DNA of 64,000 bases from Raillietiella orientalis (lineage: Eukaryota). The stretch covers positions 248,001-312,000 of the forward strand of contig JAYWIR010000012.1 in NCBI GenBank assembly GCA_036172245.1. The letters are read 5' to 3'. The number at the start of each line of letters is the position of its first letter. Position 1 is the stretch's first letter. The translations under genes and the position numbers were made by a program. The notes below the pieces were generated by a model. That model saw only the letters and a list, made by a program, of their open reading frames with translations, was not told where the DNA came from and did not search any database. Shown here piece after piece: positions 1 to 13,100 of the stretch.

Positions 1-3000
1 AGCTGTAAAAAGTTTTATTAAATTGCATTTACCAGTGTTTGTGTGCAGGTGCTAGATTACTCGTTTGAAGAGTTTTGTTTATATTTTGTTCTCAGGTGTC
101 TGGATATCAATTTAGACAACACTGCAGAAAGAATTCATGCATTACGTTTGAGTCGACATCTGCTTGGAATAGCTCCTGAGTTGTTTCCCATTGATATAGC
201 AAGAGCCCTGGTTTCACTCTCAATAAATGGCAGCATAGATCAAGACAAGTTGCACTGGGCTGTTCTAGGGACTTTAGCTGAATTAGGTAAATTGTTTACA
301 GGTATAAGTAAGAGGATTATGTATTCGTTAGCATTGCTAAACCCCAACCGGTTTGTTGAATGCGGAGGTGTTCGTGCTATAACATTAAACTTGTTTACAT
401 GCCCTCTGCCGAAAATTCACGAAACTTTGATTGGTTGCCTGTTATATTTGGAGAATTCTCTTGAAACAAGAATGATAGCAAGCATCCAGCTTAACGTGCT
501 AGCTGCACCCTACACCGATTTCCATTTTTGTCTATCTGGAATTGATTTCTCAGAGTATGTAGAATATACAAGCGAATGAAAGATATTGGATTGTTTTATT
601 TTTAGAAATTCAAGGGAATTGGTCTTTCAGTCATGCAAGCTAGCTTTGCTGGCTATTTTTCGTTCATGGACGGGCATTCTGCATTTTTGTCATCCTAGTT
701 CTCGTACTTTATCATCACTCATGCAAGTACTTCAGTCTGCTAAACAGCCTACCAGAGTAATAACAGTTGGTATTGATAAGGATATTAATTACTGCTACTT
801 ATTTCAGGGAGCCTTGTTAGAAGTTTTTTTTGATTTATTCCAGCTACCCATTCCAGATTGGACTACTGATCTATCTGAAGCACTACAAGTCACAAATCCT
901 TTTCGATTTCAGAATTCATGGAAGTTATTGGAAGGTTTTGTTGCATCAGAAGGTCTGACAATATTGCCAAGACTTACAAAAGTAAGGTAAGATTACGCAT
1001 TTTGATAACTATGATGATTAAAATAAGTCCTTGCAGTGTTATTCAATAAGAGTCGGTAAAGTAAATAGTCTTTGTAAAAATTAATTACTGTGAGTAATTC
1101 TACATTCTCTCTTCCTGATTTTAATATGTGATGATTGAAAGAAATCTGTAGAAAACTTTTGAACAAACGACTGCAGTTCTGTATTTTTGTCCAGAAAATA
1201 AGTAATTTTTATTATTTTCACTACGATTTGTATTTTTTAGAAATATTTGCTCATCGTTCCACTTATATGTGCGCTCAAAATACCTTTGGCAAGTTCTAGT
1301 GGGCAAACAGCAGTTTCTTCTTGCAATTGTGTTTTTGATAATGTGTGGGTGTACATGTTCACTATAATAGAAAATGTCAGTGATCTATGGATATAACGCA
1401 GTCTGCATTACATATAGTCTAACATTTCTATTCAAATTTTCAGTTTCTGCATTAAGTACTATCTCACAATTTTTCGTCACACATTTGCTAACATTCTCTG
1501 TCTTTAACTGTGATTCACTTTAGTCGATAGATACTTTTTTAATATGTGTGCTTTCATTCCCCCCCCCCCCTGCTTTTTTTTACTAAGTGCCATTTTTATT
1601 TTAATCAGCATTCAACATGCCATGAATTTATTTGACCTAAAACTTTTTTTTCCAGTTTGTTTCATTTTGATGTTTTGAGTTTTGTTTGAACGATGTCAAA
1701 CCTATAGTTTGTACATGACAACTACAGAATTATTTTTATGGCATGCTATTAGTTTAACATGTTTTATGCCATTTTCTTGTTTCCATCAGATTTGGAATTT
1801 TTCTAAATTTAAACCTAACCTAAGAAAACTAAAGGTCCTAATTCAGTATTTGATTATTGCTGGTCCAGAACTCTTACTTTCAAGGTAGGTTAGAACCCTC
1901 TGCATAATGGGAAAACAGATCCAGTTTCTTATGCTGTTCTTTTGGAGAAAAAAGCAAAATTTCTGCAATCTCGGAAATTTAGAAAAGTCCCGGAATAATT
2001 TGATAAATCTATTGTATATTTTATGTTTTGGGAGTTGTTTTAGAATTATAATGGATTTTACGAAATAGGAGCACAATAACACATCTAATTGTACAGTTTG
2101 CAGTCATAAGGAATTGGAATGAAGTCTACTGTGTCATGAAAGTATAGGAAAATTAAATACAAAAAGGAAAGCTAGAATGATGCAAAAGCAAACTCATATT
2201 GATAGCATAAGATGCAGGCCATTCGGAAATGTCCAGAATTTAAATGACGTTTCTAAAAATGATGTAAGAGTTAGAAATCAGTAAACAGTATTTAGTGGAA
2301 GGAATAAGGTTATACTTTCTTTTATAGAGGTTGGAATCCCAAATTTTGCTGAATAGCATCAAGACTGATGAACGTATCACAGTTTATCACAGCAGTTAAT
2401 CCACAACAGCTAGTACTTAACATTGCTCTTTGAAAAAGGCAGGACTGTGTAATCTAGTGGACAAAAATTCGTGTAGACAGTAGCGGAAAAATTATCAGCA
2501 CTTGTGCATACATGTTTCATTTGGTATGCTTGCAATTGGGATGATAGAGCAGACTGCAATATTTCCTAATGGAAGGAGAACTTGGGAATTCATATTTCAC
2601 TGGAAAGTGCTGCTAGTCACTTGATGCAAAAGTACTTGTTTTTCCAGTATGTCATGAAACGAGGATGTAGTTTATGGATATTCGGTCTTGAAAGAGCAGA
2701 AAAATTGCAGCTGACTATCTTTAATAGCAATAGCTGGAAAGCGCATTTCGGATTTTCAGTGTACTGTTCTTGTTTTCCCATGCTGGAAAGGTTAAAGTTA
2801 AGCATCATTAAATAGTTTGGTTCTGATGGTGGTTCAGTTAGCTTGGTACATGTTATTCGAATATTTAAAAATTTGCTTTATTCTTTGTAGGTAAGTCAAT
2901 GATTGCAGTGTCAGTTTTCAAATATTAAGGATTACTTTCTGACCATATAGTGTTGCATGTCAGAACTTTTTCCCCTTTAGGTAATAGATTGCATAAGCAA

Positions 3001-6000
3001 CATAAGAGATCTCGGAATTTATGCCTATTAATTAGATTAATTTATTCGTGCATTGGCAAGTACGGATTCAGTTTATTCTCAGCATGGAAACAGTGTTGTA
3101 TAGCGATACAGAGTAGTGAATGTATTAGTGGGGATTGTGAATTGTTTCTGCAGCTATCAGTTAGAATCCTCATCTGCGATAGAAAACATGTTACACGTAC
3201 TTGAAAATTGAATGCTGGATTGTTACTAATAGATATGCAAAACTTGTACAAAGCATAGTTTAGCATAGTTTGTCCTGACGATACTTTTTTGTCTCTCCAG
3301 AGCAAATTTGCGTCTCCATCATATGGCATTCACTCTAATGTGCTTCATAGAAGAAGGTTTGCTGGAAGCACTTGTACAAATTGTAGTTACGTGTGAACTA
3401 CATCTGGTTGTGCGCACCATTATTTTGCTTGGTGAGCCTAAAAGGTGTTTCCTATGCTCTACAAAATGATTTCTGTAGGTGAACTTATCCATCTGGCATC
3501 AGTTCTCATCCCAGAAAACTGCCTAACCAATCATTCATGTCTTTCTTCTTTAGTTGAAAAAGCATCATGCTCCGACTTACCATTGCAGCAGAAGAAGCAT
3601 GCAAGCATGGCAGTCATGGCTCTGTTTAAAATCCATAGCTTAAAAAATAGTAGTCCATCTCCCAGCAGTCTTTATTTAGCTCAGCTACTGCAGGGTTGTG
3701 CAGATTATGAGAAAGAATGGGAATCCTCTTGGCCAAGCACATTTCATTCCACTACCTTCTGTAATGATGATGCAAAGGACTTATGTTTGTCAAGTAAGGA
3801 CTTTAGTGGGGATGTGCTTGAAAACTCCATTGCTACTTTGGTGGCAATGAGAGATGAGGAGTGGAATCTTGAGTTGATTTCCTCGGTGTTAAAATGGTCA
3901 AGTAGTTGCCCAACTTTGCTTGAAAGTATCATTCCCTCCATGTGTGTCCAGCAGCTAGTCATTTTTTATATGCCCAGCAAGATGCTGTTTTCATCCTTGA
4001 AATTGTCTCACCCTAAATCACGTGCATGTGCTGTGACAGGTTGCTATCTCATTGACTTCCTTTTGGAAGCAAAGGAGGACATTGGCATGCAGTTTATGGA
4101 GGAGCTTCTCCAAGACGTCATGGCACAACTGCAGCTGTTACTCCAAGGAAAAGCTTCACAGCAAGAAAGCATCTTCTCTCTCAGCAATCTGCATAAGAAT
4201 GCTGTCCAGTATTACTTTCTGTTTGTGGGTCGCATTAGTCATTTCAACAAAGGACGCCGCCTGTTGGAGCAGCTACACATCTTTGATCTGTGAGTGACCA
4301 AACTGCTGCATGCTGTGTGCAGCTGGTTGCTGCTCTACTCAGCCTGCTGGCTGTCCTGGGTGCCACTTGCCACGATAGCTACATGAAGCTGATCCTTGCA
4401 TCCCTGGATTACAGCAAAGAAGGGATGCCTAGGACCATCTTGAGCAAGACCTTGACATCTCCTGTGGAAAGCTTCCGGATTTATGCTACACAGTTTTTGC
4501 GTGTGCTTATGCGGTGCACGTTGCCAGACTTTCATAAGTGGGGAATGGAGTTGATGATCATGCAGTTGTATGACAATAGTCGGAGCGTTTCATTGCAAGC
4601 TTGTCAACTCCTTGAAGAGGCATGCGATCATCCTCTTTACTTAGAAGCTCTGGTACATATGCAGCCATCCTTATTGCATCTGGGTGACAGTGGATTGTTG
4701 CTTTTGCTGAGAATACTTGCAGTCCCACAAGGCTTCCGCACCCTCAAAGGAGCCAATTTTTTATTGGGGTCCAAGTGGAAACAGGGTTTCAATCAGAGGT
4801 AACTGAAACAATCAAAATATCGCCGGCATTCCAGTAGATATGTGTCCATGCTCGAGAGTGAGCTAAATAACGCCTTGACCTTGCATCAACGGAAAGATGA
4901 TGGAACATATGGCAGGCGCACAGGTGATAAACATCGCGTGTTAGATGTATTTGTTCCGGCTCACTACTATGGTCAATTAGTGCAGCATGATGAGGGTTTT
5001 GAATATCTTATTTCCTACGAGAGACATGAAGTTTTGCAGGCCATTCAGGTAAACTCTGATTTAGAATGATATATAGTAGGTAAAGTGGAATAGTTGGTTC
5101 AAAAAGGAGCTACCGACACAGAAGATGAAATAATTGAATTAAAGGCTTCTCTCTGGGCATTAGGCCACATTGCCTCTTCTGAAAAAGGGGGACTGTTTCT
5201 TGAAGAAGAAGGTGTATTGAATCGAATTGTACAACTTGTGCAAAGCTGTCAGGTGTATTCCATACGGGGGACATGTTTCTACATCTTGGGGATGATGGGG
5301 TCCACTCTCAGAGGAACAGCTCTTCTCAAGCAACTTGGTAGGTTCGATTGTGAAAGCTTCATGCATGGATTTGACTTTGCAAGGATGGGAAAGCAATTGC
5401 AGACAGCACAATCAATTCTGGCAGCCACTTCTAAGTCCAGTGCTTCCTTTACTTTATGACAGAGATCAGGCGAGCCCACACAGCTCTGAATCAGATTATG
5501 TTCCACATTCTTCACATTCCCGGCATCCTTACTTTCGGTTATCAAAAAATAGTGGTGATGCGCGGGAAATGAGTTTGTGTGCATCTGCAGAGAACTTGGA
5601 TCATTTGTCTGTGGATGGTCTTTCAAAAATGGAAGGTGTTCCAAAGTGTTATACCCTGCCACAGTCACATGGCCGTGCCAAATCCCTCTTCTCGCATGGT
5701 TATAATGTAAGGTCATGCTCCAAATCAGAAGATATATCAGCTGGAATCCGTAATCAGGTTATTTGGCCTGGTGTGAGTGATACAGCAGAGAGCACTCCTA
5801 AACAAAACAGCAAGTTGACAAGCAGGTTAGTTCGAGAATTCCAATGAGAAGATGTTTTTTTTTCTCTCTCTCTCTCTCTCTCTCTCCCCCCACAGAGAAA
5901 AATCTGTGGCCTGTATTTCGGAATTGACTCCGATTGCTAGCATAGCATCTATAAGCACTGATCATTCGATGCTGGAAGGCTTGCAAGGGAAAGGTAAAAA

Positions 6001-7058
6001 AAAAAAAAAAAAACTTCTCTTACTCGAGATGCTAAACTAAAGAAATTTAGCCAGAAGTTTGGATGCAACAGGGCAACTTTTCCCTAGTAATTATTCTCCT
6101 ATTCGTCATTGCTTGGCAAACATGAAAACGCTAACCTATTCACGCTATTTAGCATTGCGTAAAGTTCGCCAACAGCAGCAAGTAGATAGAGCACTTCAGC
6201 ATAGCATTGACATGAGTACGTGTGATCTACTGCCGTCGCAGATCCGCTCCTTCGAGCGACTTGCTAATGGGAAGTCCGCCCCCGACATCCACCTGCACGC
6301 CTCCTCAGACGTGGATAGCCCCTGTGACCGCATCTCGCTCTGTTCCCTCATGTCCAGCATCACCGTGAATGATTCCTCGCAAGCTTTCATCGGCCTGGCA
6401 TTGCCTCGGAGTTGGCACGCCATCTTTCAAGATGTCCACGTCAAGTCAAGCCAGCTGACAAATCCGGTTACCTCTGAAAACAGGCACCATCGTTTCCTTG
6501 ACTCCTACGTGCTCCAGCATCAGGCTGATTATTGTCTCGTGTGCACGAGTAGACCGCATAGGAATTCCACCGGGACATGTAAGTGTGCGCGTGCTGTTGG
6601 TGTTTTGTTTGGGCCAGCGCGGCGTCGCAGATCCCCACTGTGCTTCCCAAGTAACGTTTGATGGCAGTCCGTCCAGAAATAGTGGCCTTGATGTCGAGAA
6701 GGATCAGCAGGCGCCCAGCGGCGTGCGTGCAGACGTACACCAACAGGTACGGCACTTGGTGCTCATGATGAGCAGTGCGGTTGGTGCACGTAACGCAGAG
6801 CAACAGTTACTCAAGTACGTATCGGCGGGGGCCATGCCCGGCACCTTTCATGTGCGAGTCTCCCTAAGGCTGAAGCAGAAGTTTCCATCGTTCATGCGGG
6901 ATCTGTGTCTGTACTGTGATGTGGCTTTCCTCCTGGGAGCCTGCTCTTTTAGTGTGGAGGCTCGACGTTTCCTGCAGGAACTGTTCTACGACACGGATTT
7001 CTCGTTTGTGCACGAAACGGCTGCATCGTCGATTAAAGAATTTGCCAACATTTCATGA
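1..7058 (+). CDS. rictor: Rictor (TORC2 subunit), 5'-partial, multi-exon
   Basis: Spliced translation matches Rictor motifs (CRCLDINLDNTAERIHALRL; GLLEALVQIV...VRTIILLGELIHLA; YMKLILASLDYS; ELKASLWALGHIASS; SIRGTCFYILG; ARRFLQELF). GT-AG introns that keep frame: 49-95, 287-331, 555-605, 757-807, 987-3300, 3432-3478, 4290-4342, 4799-4837, 5049-5093, 5338-5383, 5826-5895, 5994-6050, 6579-(6630 or 6651), 6815-6868. Stop TGA ends at 7058. Confidence 0.95.
1750..2082 (-). pseudogene. Decayed Sina/SIAH-like RING relic in the large Rictor intron
   Basis: One frame reads LLCSYF ... QLPKHKIYNRF ... SKFPRL ... SIRNW ... IMQRV, in the same order as ECPVC/QCQSGHLVCSNC/CPTC/SIRNL/MEKV, with Cys to Tyr/Phe changes. 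Confidence 0.5.
2450..2925 (-). pseudogene. Decayed Sina-like relic in the large Rictor intron
   Basis: EN*HCNH* ... NPKCAFQL ... CNFSAL, with stops and frameshifts. Confidence 0.35.
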
Positions 7059-7097
7059 GAAATGCACACAAGGCGAGCACGAATCACAGGCGAGTAA

Positions 7098-7103
7098 TTT
7101 ATT
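7098..7103 (-). promoter_or_regulatory. Polyadenylation signal AATAAA of glycogen phosphorylase
   Basis: TTTATT on the + strand, 30 nt downstream of the TAG stop. Confidence 0.7.
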
Positions 7104-7132
7104 GGACTAAAAGGAACTGCAAAACTCGAACT

Positions 7133-10100
7133 CTAGTTAACATCCCTAGGTACGCCAGGATCGGGTAGTTTGTCCCAGCTCGGTTCAACATCCCAGATTT
7201 GCCGTGCATACTCGCAAATAGTTCTATCCGAGGAGAACTTGCCCGACGAGGCAATGTTGCATAAAGCCGTTCGAATCCACAGCTCGGCGTTCTGAAAGCG
7301 GTCACCCCGATGAAAGTGGCCCCGCCATTGCGTGCACCTACCATGTAGACGTCGTTCACTTTTTCCTGGCACGCGATGTAAGCGTCGTAGTCCGCCAGGG
7401 TCAAGAAGCGATCGTGATTGAGCAGGATGTTCGATAAATCCTTGAATTCATCCGGGTTTCCGGGCGAAAAGAAACCGTTTTGGATCTGATCGATGCACTG
7501 GCGCAGTTCCGGGTTGGCGTGGTAATACTCCCAGGCGTTGTACCCGCGCCTTTTCAGCTCCTCCACCTGGATGACGTCCATGCCGAAGATGAAGATGTTT
7601 TCCGGGCCCATCTCTTCCATCATTTCTATGTTGGCCCCGTCCAGGGTGCCGATAGTCAGGGCGCCGTTCAGCATGAATTTCATGTTGCCCGTGCCGGACG
7701 CCTCCGTGCCCGCAGTCGAGATCTGCTCGCTCAGATCGGCCGAAGGGATGATTCTCTCGGCCAGCGTGACGCGGTAGTTCTCGAGGAAAATTACCTTCAG
7801 CTTGTCCCCGACCACGGGATCGTTGTTCACCACGCTCGCGACCGAGCAGATGAGCTTGATGATCTTCTTGGCCGTGTGGTACCCCGGCGCGGCCTTGCCG
7901 CCGATCATGACCGTCCTCGGTACGAAGACTCCCTCCGGGTTCTGCTTGATCCGGTTGTACAGCGTGATGATGTGGAGGCAGTTCAGGAGCTGCCTCTTGT
8001 ACTCGTGTATGCGTTTCACTTGGATGTCAAACAGAGAGTCGGGGTTCACGTCGACTCCGTACTCCTGCGTCAGCATCTTCGCGACCTTCATCTTGTTTTC
8101 GGCCTTCACCGTCTGCAGGGTCTTCAGGAACGCCTGGTCGTTGATGAATTCTTTCAGCTTGGTGAGCTCGTCCAATCGGGTGATCCAGTCCTCGCCAATT
8201 TTCTGGAAGGCAGCGGGGAAACCATCGAGGGAATTCGTCGGCGGGGCTGCAGACTCACTTCTGCGATCGCGTCAGCGAGGTTGGGATTGCAAAGCAGCAG
8301 CCAGCGTCTCGGCGTGATGCCGTTTGTCTTGTTCTGAAACTTCTCCGGCCATAACTCGTAGAAATCCTTGAAGCTGCTTTCAAAAATGATAGTACAAGGG
8401 GAAGCGTAGAAGGGGAGTGAGGCTTACACGTCCGTGCGAAGGATCTCGGAGTGGATCGCGGCGACTCCGTTGACGGCATGGGAACCCACGATGCACAGAT
8501 GAGCCATGTTTATCCGTTTTTCGCCGTACTCCTCCACGAGGGACATCCGCCTCATGCGATCGAGGTCCCCTGGCCAGCGACTTTCCACCTCCTAATCAGA
8601 GCTCCCTCCTCCTACACGAGTCGCGACGAGTTACAGCAAACGCACCTTCAGGTGGTGGAAGTTGATGTCGTATATGATCTGCAGGTGGCGTGGCAGCAGG
8701 TATTCCAGCATGGAAACTGGCCACCTCTCTAGTGCTTCCGGCAGCACCGTGTGGTTGGTGTATCCGCACGTCCGTACGGTGATATCCCAAGCCTTCTCCC
8801 AAGAAAGGCCTTCGATGTCCACCAACAGCCTCATTAGTTCCGGGATCGCCAGCGACGGATGAGTGTCGTTCAGCTGGATGGCCACTTTATCGGGAAAGCA
8901 ATCAAAGTCTTCTCGCCTGGGGCCTGCGCTTGATTTGTTCACAGATTTATAACGCCGTATGATGTCTTGCAGCGTAGCGGCGACCATGAAATACTCCTGT
9001 TTCAAGCGCAGCTCTTTTCCTTCGAAAAAGTTGTCATTGGGATACAGCACACGGGAAATGTTTTCTGCATAATTCCGATCTAACACCGCTTGAATGTAAT
9101 CCCCGTCATTGACTGTGCAAATAGAAAATCAGTCATTATGCGTGGAACATTTTCAAAAATCGAGGTCGTGCTTACAGAACTTTAGGTTGAAACTGTTTGG
9201 TGATTTAGCAGCCCACAAGCGCATCGTGTTGACGACGTTGTTCCTGTAACCTGGTATGGGGATGTCGTAGGGCATGGCGAACACCACCTTATGCAAACGT
9301 ACACATTTAATATAACGGTGAGGTAACATGCATGATTATACATGTATATACTGCATCCACAAATTCATCTGCATTGAGGAAAACGAACCATCTCTTGCCG
9401 CACTTTGATCTTAGCCAAAAGGCCGAGGTCTTTTGCTCAGAAATGAAAGAGTTGCAACCTTCTTCAGGCAGAGAGAGAAAATCTTGAGAAAACCTTTCAC
9501 AATTGGTTCTGGTTTTCAGACAATGCAGTGAAGAGAGCATTTCGACATCCAAGTGATCTGCACGGTAATTACTTTCAGTTTCACGGTTTTCCTCGTGAAG
9601 CTGAATTTATCTCGGGGTTAATCACTAATGAAATCAAGCAACCAGTGAAAACAGTAACATTAAGGGGAAGGTTAACAGGTTTTAGTGCGATCGTGAAAGT
9701 TTCCAGCAGGAAAGCGAGCACCCTCTCTCTTTTTGCTTTCTTGCCTTTGCTGTTAGCTATACATGCAAAAAAACAGCAGACTATTAGGTTTCTTGCGTTC
9801 AGACCATTCTTTAAGAAGTCACGAACATATCAAGTGTGCAACATCCATTTCAAGATCAGCAGTGATTCGTTTATTAACTTTCACTGAGGATACCGGGAAT
9901 GGGCGTTGCCGAATCCGTGCGAAAGGTGACGCGGAGCACGCACACACTGAGGTGAAGACACAAAGATCGCAAGATGGACCCCAGGGACTCTAGGAGGGAG
10001 GGACGTCCGCGAACGCTGGTCGCCTACCAACGGCCACCGAGCGCAACAGAGTTTCTCGCGAAAGCGGAGCCGCCACAACCTTCTGGAAAGCTTGCAGCAG

Positions 10101-13100
10101 CGTTGCTGAACGTGGAACATCCTCGCCTTTGGGAAGTGCCCCGGTGAGGTGCGCTGGACAGAAATGCGGGGGAAAAGCGTCGCCAGAAATAAAAAGAGGA
10201 AAATAATCTTGGGCAGGTAATTTGCAGGTCCTAAGAAGGGAACCGGTAGGCATGGAACTGGATCCAGGTGGCATTGAAAAGACGGTCGATGAAAAAAACC
10301 TAAACAGAAGGAGCGAGTCAGTTACAACCAAGTCGTTCTCCTCTATTCCTCCAGAACAGCCAAAATTATGGAAAACCTGAGGAATTTCCCAACCGCGCTA
10401 TGCGATCCTCGGGTCAGAATCGAATTCATCATCATGAAAACGAATTTGAAAGTTCTGATAGCCAGAAGGCAAAATCGAGTTTCAGAATTCACTCTTGCAC
10501 AACGTTTGGGCAAAAGACCAACAACACCCACATCACATGTTTCGGTTTGTTTGTTATTCTGTTTTCTTCTTCTTCTTCTTCTCGTTGTCGAAATACAGAA
10601 AAGCTTTGAAGTCTAAAGGAAATCCAAAAAAAACAAACACGGTTGAGCACATGGCTGCCACCGATCGGTTCTACCAAGCAATGGATACGCTCAAATTCAA
10701 AAGATAATAGATTAACAATGATAACTCCCTGAATAGATTGACTGCTATTAAATCCAGCAAAGCAAACCCACTTATGAAAGTTGATTTCCGGAAATGGTCA
10801 AGGTCTAAAGGGGAAACCTGCTCAGAACAGTCTGGATGATCGACGTACAAACCAAGGATCACCAGAGGATTGCGACTAAGATGGAACAGGGGAGAAAAAA
10901 AATCATGATTACAAGAGGACAAACGCTAATAAAACTCCATAAACTGTATTCAGGAGCAAGCTGCTGAATGCTGAGTCCATGATCCGGGTCACAGAAGCAT
11001 CGCCATCTCCCATACCGATCTCTTCTTGATCTCCCGTTCCTTAAAATCCTGAAAGAGGTCTGAGAGCAGAAAGGCACCGTGCCTTACTTGGTAGTGCAGG
11101 GCCCACAGAATCACGCGTCGGAAGAGGAAACCCCAGACACTACCACAGCTTTTCCCTTACAACAGATATGGTTAACCAGAGGGACTCGAAGGCAAGCCCC
11201 TGAGTATCAACAGCCGCTTTAAGCAAGCACCGATTCACACCCCATCGCTAGCACTTCTCAACACAAAAATGATGGGGAGGTCATGAACCCAGGCAACGAA
11301 GGGAGCAATAGTGTGAAACACATTTCGAAGATGGACGCAATGGAAGACGGTTGCCGGTGATCCTTGAACCATCAGCAAGGATCGCACATGCAAGAGAGAA
11401 AAGACCTGTCTGATTTCGCAGTTTCATGACTTAACATGTAACAACGAGAAATTGGACCTATTCTCTATCGCACGTGCAAACTTTCAATGCTGCCGCTGCA
11501 CGGTGAAGATGATTGGTGCGCACTTTCGACGACCATCAAATTCCCAGTTGCGCTCGTTCGACCCACACAAAGGGAAGCAAATGATCCAGAAATGCGCAAA
11601 CCATCAGATATTGGACCTTTTCTCTATGGGGTGCATTCCGCTATCTGGAAATGCTTTCCAGAACACCACTGCTACTGGTGCAGCACGCACTGCCTTCAGG
11701 TGAGCCGTCGGTTCTACACGCACCACCCCTCACGAATCTGATTCACAGCCAGAAAATAAATAAGAAACATGTCGCTGCGAAGTTATTTAATGATTTCTAC
11801 AGAAAGCGTACAGAGCAGGCACGCATTCAACAGCTTGGCACCGTCGCTTCCGATCGGTTTCAACTGTCAACCATCCGCCAACCTTGGACAATTTTGAGTA
11901 TGGATATCAAAAATTACCTTGGTGCAGTTCAATCCATCCACAACCCCACATCCCCTGTATGCACCATGAATGCAAAAGGTCACTTCATTGGGAGTAAATC
12001 TAACCGACCCTCAAACAGCATCCCGTTTCCAGTCACCTAGATGCTGTAGCTCAAACGAAGTTTGATAAATTGAGTGCCTGATGAAAGACTCCGATGACCT
12101 CTTTCGTCTGTGGGCATGGTACCGGAAGGCAAAGTACGAGGGGCTCCCCCCCCCCCCATGTATTTCACAAGTATGCTAGCTGACTCTTGTTGGTGCCCGT
12201 CGGCCTGATTTACGGGGACTTGCGCCTACAGGAACCACAACTCTTATCTTCCGCACTAACACAGCCTCCTCTGGCGAAAGATAAATTTACGCGCGTCCCT
12301 CTCGACGCAATCTGCTGCTGAATAATTCCCAGATAAAATGCTCCGTCAGCGAGCATTCAGCGGGGCAGAGCAGGAGAGATGGGAAGAAGCAAAAAGAGGA
12401 GGGAAAAAAACGCGTTTCGAAATTTTCAACCCACGAGCCGGGTTTGAGGAGCGCGCGCGTGCCGCTTACTGAAGTGAAGATGGGTTGGCCATGTCAACTT
12501 TGACGGTGTAATGTTAACAGGCGTGGGTACCACTCCTTCTAGAAGAAGAATGTTATGCACACACACTCTGCAGTGGGGCCGCAGTCTCAAGCTGCTGAAC
12601 GAGCAGATTAGGCAGACGCCATGCAACTTGCAAGTGTGAGTTTAAAAAATGCACGCAAGCACCAATTCTCTAAGGATGCGTAGAGCTGCGCAAACCCCCA
12701 CCTGCGTATCGACCCATTTCTTGTGTGAACCTGATTCTTCTACTCTCCCATAAAAGTTTATTGGAATGAGGTACTCGGGTCTTGCTTTCTCCCATGGGCA
12801 TCCAAAGCGCAACCAATCATCCGGTTGTTCTGACTGGTCGAAGACACAAATGAATTTATACAAGAATGAAAAAATAACAACAAAAGCACTTCAAGACAGC
12901 AGTTGAGTGGACAGGTCAAGTTCGGCCACACGAGACAACGAACCACGGAGCGAGACGGACATCTTACTGCTTATCCCTTTTTTTCTTTTTTTTACCTTTG
13001 GGTCTATCCATTCGCTGCTGCCATCTGCATTTCTGGTGGCTGTTCCATAGAAAAATACTGGAATACAGTATTCTGGTCGAGCTCTTTCCCATGGGTTTCC

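Noticed and set aside
1011..1118. Possible intronic C/D snoRNA (ATGATGA ... CTGA)
   Set aside because: No terminal stem or recognisable rRNA guide. Such motifs are common in AT-rich DNA.
7480..8337. Long + strand ORFs (285 aa and 171 aa)
   Set aside because: They are antisense shadows of the GC-rich GlyP exon 9.
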